The notes under the pieces: model-generated
Seen by the model: only the letters and a program-made list of their open reading frames with translations
Told to the model about the DNA's origin: nothing
Database searches by the model: none
Shown here: one piece after another, positions 57,991-64,000 of the stretch
Layout: the number at the start of each line of letters is the position of its first letter
How positions within the stretch are numbered: the stretch's first letter is position 1
Assembly: GCA_044225365.1 (NCBI GenBank)
Contig: JBGAIQ010000007.1
Span: 64,001 to 128,000, forward strand
Length of the DNA stretch: 64,000 nt
From: Planctomycetota bacterium
GTDB lineage: Bacteria > Planctomycetota > B15-G4 > JADJEK01
Direction: 5' to 3'
Translations under genes and position numbers: made by a program

Positions 57991-58003
57991 CTCCGCCCGC
58001 GGC

Positions 58004-59173
58004 TCAGCGGCGGGTCGTGTAGAAGCGCTTGATCGTGGAGACGACGTGTTCCTGCTGCTCCGACGTGATGCCCGGGAAGAGCGGCAGCGACAACACTTCG
58101 CGCGCCGCACGCTCCGCTACCGGGAAATCTCCGGCCTTGTAACCGAGATGCTTCAGAGCAGGCTGCAGATGGCACGGTTTCGGGTAGTAGATCTGCGTCG
58201 AGATCTCGTTCTCGGTCAGGAACGCCTGGAGCTCGTCGCGCTTGTCGACGCGGATCGTGTACTGGTGCCAGTTGTGGACGCGGTTCTTCTCGACCTTGGG
58301 GAGAATCACGTCGTCCACGAGCTGCGCGTCCGCGAACATCGACGTGTACGTGAGCGCAGCTTGCGTGCGCTGACGGTTCCACTCGATCAGATATCGCAAC
58401 TTCACGCGCAATGTCGCCGCGGTGAGGGCGTTCATCCGGTAGTTGCCCGAGACGAACGAGTGGTGATACTGCTCGGTCATGCCCTGATTGCGGATCTGCT
58501 TCACGGCCTCGATGACGCCTTCGTCCTTCGAGACGACCATGCCGCCCTCGCCGAGCGCGCCGAGGTTCTTCGACGGATAGAACGAGAAGGCGCCGGCGTC
58601 GCCGATGCCGCCCGCGGGCTCGTCGTTGTAGCGCGAGAGCATCGCCTGGCAGGCGTCTTCGACCACCATCAGGCTGAACTGGTCGGCGAGTTCGAGGAGC
58701 GGCTTCATCTCGGCGCATTGACCGAAGAGATGGACCGGGAGGATCGCTCGGACCTTGGTGTGTTCGGAGTTGTGCTCGGTGACCTTCTTGCCGTTGAGCA
58801 CACCGTCGTCGACGTAGTCGTACACCTTCTCGGCCTTGAGGCCGTAGGTGATCGGATCGATGTCGGCGAACACGGGCTTGGCGCCGAGTCGCACGATCGC
58901 GGAGGCCGTCGCGAAGAAGGTGAACGGCGAGGTGATCACCTCGTCGCCCGGTCCGACGCCGAGGGCCTGCAGCGCCGCCGAGATGGCGTCGGTACCGTTG
59001 CTGACCGCCGCCGCATGGGGAATGCCGGTGATCGCCGCGATCTCGCGCTCGAAGTTCTCGAGCTGCGGTCCGCCGATGAAGCGGCCAGTGGTCAGGACTT
59101 CGTCCATCGCCTGGCGCAGCTCGGTCAGGATCGGCTCATGGAGCTGGGTGAGGTCGAGCTGGGGTACCTTCAT
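58004..59173 (-). CDS. DegT/DnrJ/EryC1/StrS PLP-dependent sugar aminotransferase
   Basis: SNGTDA, PVHLFGQ, EDACQ, SFYPSKNLGALGEGG, LSLPL. Confidence 0.94.
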   Translation of the reverse strand: MKVPQLDLTQLHEPILTELRQAMDEVLTTGRFIGGPQLENFEREIAAITGIPHAAAVSNGTDAISAALQALGVGPGDEVITSPFTFFATASAIVRLGAKPVFADIDPITYGLKAEKVYDYVDDGVLNGKKVTEHNSEHTKVRAILPVHLFGQCAEMKPLLELADQFSLMVVEDACQAMLSRYNDEPAGGIGDAGAFSFYPSKNLGALGEGGMVVSKDEGVIEAVKQIRNQGMTEQYHHSFVSGNYRMNALTAATLRVKLRYLIEWNRQRTQAALTYTSMFADAQLVDDVILPKVEKNRVHNWHQYTIRVDKRDELQAFLTENEISTQIYYPKPCHLQPALKHLGYKAGDFPVAERAAREVLSLPLFPGITSEQQEHVVSTIKRFYTTRR

Positions 59174-59411
59174 GGCGTCTCCACGCGTCTCCGTGCTGCA
59201 TGGCTTCAAAACATGAAACCAAGGGGCTCTAACTATCAAAACACATTGGCCGCCTGCAACGTGAAATTGCGGGCGGATCCGGCTTCAATACGGATCGAGC
59301 GCACGAACTCCTAACATCCGGAGTTGCGCCGCCGCCGCCACCGTACCGGATGCATCGGCGCGCCGGGAAGCAAATGCGTCCCGCGTGCAGACTCCGTTCT
59401 CGAGGACCGAG

Positions 59412-60350
59412 ATGACCGTCCCCATCGCTTCGACCCTTGTTCTCGTCCAGGCCATGCTGTGGAGCCCTCTGGCTCTGCCTCAGGATCCGCAGCCGCCTGC
59501 GAAACAGGATCCCGCACCTCCACCCGCTCGATCGGAGGACGCCAAGAAGCAACTGTTCGCCATTCTCGACGCTGCGATCGCCACGCAGAACGGGCAGGGC
59601 TACGCGGATCATCTCGAGGACTTCGAGGCGACCCTCAGCGTCCACACTCGCGACGACAAGAAGGGTGACCTCGAGTTCAAGGTCGAGCGCTCGTGGAAGG
59701 CGCCGAACCTCATCTGGACCCATGTCACCGAGAAGGTGACCGGCAAGGACTACGAACAGGGCTACGACGGCGGCGATCAATACTGGTACCGCGACAAGGA
59801 AGGCCCGAAGCTGCTCGAGGGCCCGAACTACAAGGAGGATCGCAAGACGATCCGTCTCGACCTCGAGCTGATGAACCTGATGATGCAGTTCTGCTTCCTC
59901 AAGAACGCGCAGAAGGATCTGTCGAATGCCGAACTCCTGCCTTCCGTGAAGGTGATGCGGCCGGATCCGAAGGACATCTCCACCGACGTCGAGACCGAGT
60001 GCGACGTCCTGCGGGCCAAGATGGAACTCGCCAAGGCGATCGGTGGGTCGTCGATGGTGACGATGCACATCGAACGGAACACCCACTACCTCGCGCAGGT
60101 CCGCATCGAGCCGATCGATTCGTCCACTGCGGCGACCGAGCTCCACTTCAGTGCCCACGTCAAGAACGCGCAGGGCGTGATCGTGCCGCAGAACATCGAT
60201 GTCTATCGCGGCACCGAGACCACGCCGTGGCAGCGGCTCATGCTCGATGGCCTCGACCGAGCGGATCCCGATGGCAATCCGATCAACAACATCCGCTTCA
60301 ACACCGGAATGGACGCATCGCGATTCCAACCCCCGAAACCGAAGAAGTGA
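59412..60350 (+). CDS. Secreted hypothetical protein, possibly LolA-like fold
   Basis: Signal peptide; EQGYDG..W and C-terminal FNTGMDASRFQPP resemble LolA-like proteins. Confidence 0.55.
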   Translation: MTVPIASTLVLVQAMLWSPLALPQDPQPPAKQDPAPPPARSEDAKKQLFAILDAAIATQNGQGYADHLEDFEATLSVHTRDDKKGDLEFKVERSWKAPNLIWTHVTEKVTGKDYEQGYDGGDQYWYRDKEGPKLLEGPNYKEDRKTIRLDLELMNLMMQFCFLKNAQKDLSNAELLPSVKVMRPDPKDISTDVETECDVLRAKMELAKAIGGSSMVTMHIERNTHYLAQVRIEPIDSSTAATELHFSAHVKNAQGVIVPQNIDVYRGTETTPWQRLMLDGLDRADPDGNPINNIRFNTGMDASRFQPPKPKK

Positions 60351-60357
60351 CGGCTTC

Positions 60358-61461
60358 GTGCGTCGCCCTCGCTTCACTTCGATCGCGTTCGTCCTCGCTT
60401 CCACGTGTGAGGTCATGGCGGGCTGCGCGCTGCAAGCTCCTCGACAGAGCGCGTCGAGCAACGCGCAACCGCCACACGCGGTATTCCTGATCGCCGACAC
60501 CGATTTCCACCAGGAAGGCGATCCCGACGACGTCCTGCGCGGCGCGATCCTCGCGTTCGATCCGAAGACGAAGGAGTGCTCCGTCTTTGCCGCCGACAAG
60601 CAATTCCTCGAGCCGCAGGGAATCGTCCGACACTCCGATGGTTCGCTGCTCGTCGTCGACTTCGGCGCGAAGGCGAAGCCCGACTCCCCCGACTCCCCCC
60701 ACGCCAAGGGAACGGGCGCGATCTTCCGACTCTCGGGCAAGGATGGCTCGTTCCTGCGGCGCTACGACAGCGAGCTCTTCGTCGCTCCGACTTCGCTCGT
60801 CCTCGTCGACGATCACACTGCCTGGATCTCCGACCGAAAGGCGAAGAACGCCGCGGGCGGACAAGGCGCCGTGCTCGCGCTCGACCTGGAGTCCGGAGCC
60901 ACGAAGGTGGCGTTCGACGATGCGCGGTTCAAGGCGCCGTCCTGTCTCGCGCTCTCGAAACTGGGCAAGCCGGTCCTCTGCGATGCCGACGCCAAGCGCG
61001 ACGCGACCACAACGGACGAGGGCGTGCTGTTCCGACTCGATGCGGCGACGAGCAAGGCCGAGCCCTTCGCCTACCTGACCGGCACGCTGTCACCCCTCGG
61101 CTTGCTGTGCCTCGACGACGGCGACTGCCTGATCTTCGACAGCAACGCGGACCCGAAGCACCTCGGCGGTCCGGCGGGCGCAGTGTTCCGGCAAGTCGCC
61201 GCGACGGGCAAGACGGAGGTGCTCGCCGAACTCCCGCGCTTTCGCGATCCGGTGCGGGGCGCGTTCGGTCCGGACGGGCGCGTGTGGTTCGTCGACGCCA
61301 ACGCCGATCCGGAGAAGCGCGGCCCGGATCGCGCGGGCCGCGGACAGAACGCGACGGGGCCCGGCGCGATCTTCGCGATCGATCTCGCGACGAACGCCGT
61401 GGAGACGATCGCATCGCCTCTCTGCTTCGTCAATCCGGTCGCGATCCTGTGGGTGCCCTGA
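60358..61461 (+). CDS. Beta-propeller (SMP-30/NHL-like) putative lipoprotein
   Basis: Repeated PxGI/PTSL..DG..VxD...GAIFR units; MAGC candidate lipobox. Confidence 0.65.
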   Translation: MRRPRFTSIAFVLASTCEVMAGCALQAPRQSASSNAQPPHAVFLIADTDFHQEGDPDDVLRGAILAFDPKTKECSVFAADKQFLEPQGIVRHSDGSLLVVDFGAKAKPDSPDSPHAKGTGAIFRLSGKDGSFLRRYDSELFVAPTSLVLVDDHTAWISDRKAKNAAGGQGAVLALDLESGATKVAFDDARFKAPSCLALSKLGKPVLCDADAKRDATTTDEGVLFRLDAATSKAEPFAYLTGTLSPLGLLCLDDGDCLIFDSNADPKHLGGPAGAVFRQVAATGKTEVLAELPRFRDPVRGAFGPDGRVWFVDANADPEKRGPDRAGRGQNATGPGAIFAIDLATNAVETIASPLCFVNPVAILWVP

Positions 61462-61464
61462 CGG

Positions 61465-62538
61465 ATGCGCTTGCTCGTCCAGCGTCTCGCGCTCGCGCTC
61501 GCCGTCGCGACCCTCACGTTCTTCGTCTCCGCGATCGGATTCGAAGTCCTCGCGCACACCGTTCTGTTCTCGCCCGCGTTCGTGCCGGAAAAGTCCCAAT
61601 CCGAAGCGATGAGAGCCTTCGGGGCCGCGCGCATGCTCGAGAGCTGGCACGATCACGGACTCTCGTACCGCGGGCGACCACACGCTCGAATCGACCTCTA
61701 CGGGATCGAATACCGTCACGATTCGCGCGGCCTGCGCAGTCCCGACTTCGCGTCGGAGAAGGGTGCGACCGAATTCCGGATCCTCGTGCTCGGCGATTCG
61801 AACACCTATGGCTGGCGGGCGAAGGAGAACGACACCTTCTCCGCCCTCCTGCAACGAGCGCTCGTCGCCGATTTCGCCGCGCGCGGCGTGGCGCGCCGGG
61901 TCACCGTCATCAACGCCGGACTCCCGGGATACAACTCGCGCGACGAGTACTTGCGGTACCGATCACTCGAGGCCGACGCCAAACCCGATCTCGTCCTGCT
62001 CGCGTGGTACGCGAACGATTGCGAGCGATTCGGATTCCAGGTCGATGTCGAGGGTTTCCTCGACTTCGATCCGCTCCCGACCCCCGTCGAGTGGAAGCCC
62101 CTGCTCCTGCGGTCCTACGCCTACCGCTGGCTGAAGGAGCGTCGCACCGACGATCTGCGCAAGGCGGGCCAGATCGACATCCACGAGCCGACGGCGTTCG
62201 AGTTCAGCACTCGATTCGTACAGCAGCTCGCGCAGGACGTCGCCGCGCGCGGCTCGCGCTTCCTGCTGCTTGACGTCCCGGTGCTCGAACCGGACGATAA
62301 ATCACAACGCATCTCGATCGGCGGCTACCGGGAGAAGTCGCTCTCGGCCAAGCTCGAGGCCTTCGCGAAGGCGAATTCGCTCCCGTTCCTCTCGCTCCTC
62401 CCCGCGATCGACGGGCAGCCTGCCGCGCTGCTCTGGGGTTCGATCGAGCAGAACGACCACCATCCGAATGCGAAGGCGCACGCCCTCTTCGCGAACGCGC
62501 TCTTCCCGTTCCTGCGCGCAGCGAACCTCGTCCCCTGA
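61465..62538 (+). CDS. SGNH/GDSL hydrolase with N-terminal TM
   Basis: LGDSNTYG, NAGLPGY, YAND, DHHPNAKAH. Confidence 0.88.
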   Translation: MRLLVQRLALALAVATLTFFVSAIGFEVLAHTVLFSPAFVPEKSQSEAMRAFGAARMLESWHDHGLSYRGRPHARIDLYGIEYRHDSRGLRSPDFASEKGATEFRILVLGDSNTYGWRAKENDTFSALLQRALVADFAARGVARRVTVINAGLPGYNSRDEYLRYRSLEADAKPDLVLLAWYANDCERFGFQVDVEGFLDFDPLPTPVEWKPLLLRSYAYRWLKERRTDDLRKAGQIDIHEPTAFEFSTRFVQQLAQDVAARGSRFLLLDVPVLEPDDKSQRISIGGYREKSLSAKLEAFAKANSLPFLSLLPAIDGQPAALLWGSIEQNDHHPNAKAHALFANALFPFLRAANLVP

Positions 62539-62556
62539 GGTTCTGGCGCAAAAGCG

Positions 62557-62592
62557 GAAGAGGCTCTGCGGTGGGAATCGCAGAGCCTCTTC
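62557..62592. terminator. Bidirectional hairpin terminator
   Basis: GAAGAGGCTCTGCG...CGCAGAGCCTCTTC between the SGNH gene and tRNA-Pro. Confidence 0.8.
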
Positions 62593-62611
62593 ATCTCGAC
62601 TTTTCTTGTAG

Positions 62612-62688
62612 TGGTCGGGCAGACTGGATTTGAACCAGCGACCTCTTGCTCCCGAAGCAAGCGCTCTACCAAGCTGAGCCACTGCCCG
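62612..62688 (-). tRNA. tRNA-Pro (CGG)
   Basis: CGGGCAG acceptor, CTTGC-TTCGGGA-GCAAG anticodon arm, CCA; upstream TTGCAT-N16-CATACT promoter. Confidence 0.96.
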
Positions 62689-62775
62689 TCGTCTTCGAGA
62701 GCGAAGCAGTATGCCCGGCCCTGGCCCCGATGCAAGCCAATACTTCGCGCCGAATCGAGCGGCCGCTCGAAACAC

Positions 62776-63858
62776 TCACTTCGCGACGGGAACGAGCTTG
62801 CTGTCGACGAGCCAGGATTCGAGTCGCGTCGCCACGAGGCGATGCCCGAGCGGCGAAAGATGGCCCTCGTCCCACGGCAGCCAACAACTCGGGTGCTGCT
62901 CCTTGAGGGCGTCGATGAGGTCGAGGTGCGGGATCTTCGTGGGGTCGGCCGTGAAGTCGTACGCCAGCGCCTTCATGATGTTCGGACCGAGAGGGTCACG
63001 CGTGTTCGCAAAGCCGGGGATCATCGCGACGGCGAACTTCACGTTGCGCCGAGCGCAGACCTTGGAGAGATCGATCAACATCTCGCGCACGACGATCGTG
63101 CGCCGCTTGTCCTCCGGGTCGTTCGGATTCATCGCCTTCCCGCCGGTGTACTTCTTCACGAGCTCCTTGAACTGCTCGGACTTCTTCCGAGCGGACTCGC
63201 CGCTTCGACCCTGGCGCTCGGACTCGTATTGGATGTACTGCGTCTCGATGTAGTTGAAGGTCGCCGTGCGGCGCAACGCATCGCGCCCCGGGAACTCCCA
63301 CACCGCCATCTTCCTGGGCTCGATCTCGATGTCGTTGGGATAGAACATCACGACGACGAGATCGGGCTCGAGATCGAATCCGAAGGTGTAGAGCCAGTCG
63401 CGCTCGTTCGTCGTGTCGTAGCCCTGGACGGCGCCGTTCATCACGCGGATCGTCTTGCCCGGGGGAGCGCGCTTCGAGAGCGAATCGCGGACGATGCTCG
63501 CGAACGTCTCGTTCTGTTCGACGTCGATGCCGAACGTCAGGCTGTCCCCGAGCAGGAGCACGCGAAACTCCCCCTCCGGCTTCTTCTGCGGGAACTCCTC
63601 GTCCCGCATTCCCAGAGCGTTGATGTGGATCTTCTGGCCGCGCGGCGTCTCGCGATCCTGGCTCGGGACGAGGCGGAATCCGACGCGCGCGTCGGGGACC
63701 GTCACGACTCGCTTGTCGTAGCCGAGGCCTTGTAGGACGAGTTCGACGATCACGACGATCGCGAGCGTCGTCAGCAGGGAGTACCGGATCTTCGAGGCGA
63801 GGGGGATGGCCGGCGCGTGCGCGGGCTGCGGCTCCGAGACTTCATCCATCCCGCTCAT
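62776..63858 (-). CDS. SGNH/GDSL hydrolase with N-terminal TM
   Basis: LGDSLTFG, NGAVQGY, YPND, EGHLSPLGH. Confidence 0.88.
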   Translation of the reverse strand: MSGMDEVSEPQPAHAPAIPLASKIRYSLLTTLAIVVIVELVLQGLGYDKRVVTVPDARVGFRLVPSQDRETPRGQKIHINALGMRDEEFPQKKPEGEFRVLLLGDSLTFGIDVEQNETFASIVRDSLSKRAPPGKTIRVMNGAVQGYDTTNERDWLYTFGFDLEPDLVVVMFYPNDIEIEPRKMAVWEFPGRDALRRTATFNYIETQYIQYESERQGRSGESARKKSEQFKELVKKYTGGKAMNPNDPEDKRRTIVVREMLIDLSKVCARRNVKFAVAMIPGFANTRDPLGPNIMKALAYDFTADPTKIPHLDLIDALKEQHPSCWLPWDEGHLSPLGHRLVATRLESWLVDSKLVPVAK

Positions 63859-63998
63859 TCTCCGAGGTCGAGGAAGGTCCCGCCGTTCTCCGCGGCGATC
63901 TGCTTCATCAGGATCTTGCCGCGCTCGTTCTTACCGATGTTGATCGTGTTGATCACGATCTTCCGCAGGGAATTCACGCGCCGTACTTCGGCGAGGAT
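63855..63998 (-). CDS. C-terminal fragment of a probable VWA-domain protein
   Basis: Translates as ILAEVRRVNSLRKIVINTINIG...LMKQIAAENGGTFLDLGE*; runs off the window. Confidence 0.6.
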   Translation of the reverse strand: MLAEVRRVNSLRKIVINTINIGKNERGKILMKQIAAENGGTFLDLGE

Positions 63999-64000
63999 CC

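Overview
GC-rich bacterial chromosome segment, mostly housekeeping. It is probably from Planctomycetota; this is inferred from the HEAT, FG-GAP, PQQ and multiheme secreted proteins, a eukaryote-type UDP-GlcNAc pyrophosphorylase and a multi-PDZ RseP. It contains dxr-rseP-UbiA(EboC-like), ino1, a PPi-type PFK, hpt-fadI-fadJ, rpmF-plsX-fabHDG-acpP-fabF followed by adh-UAP-ddl-saccharopine dehydrogenase, alaS, recA, smpB-ssrA, four tRNAs (Val-CAC, Leu-CAA, Leu-CAG, Pro-CGG) and an envelope/glycosylation block (FG-GAP protein, TMTC-like GT-C, DegT, SGNH). I saw no integrase, transposase or CRISPR array. The best leads are: (1) a sigma-54 activator with no sensor domain, divergent from a -24/-12 promoter that drives a secreted Gly-rich HEAT protein; (2) a highly structured ~170-nt leader in front of a Zn-ribbon protein with an acidic tail; (3) a ChpT-like pseudokinase behind a repeat-rich intergenic region; (4) a degenerate nucleotidase-tetraheme-TPR lipoprotein; (5) an 11-bp-period direct repeat upstream of recA. 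All family calls come from motif recognition by eye, not from database searches, and the start codons are my best picks.
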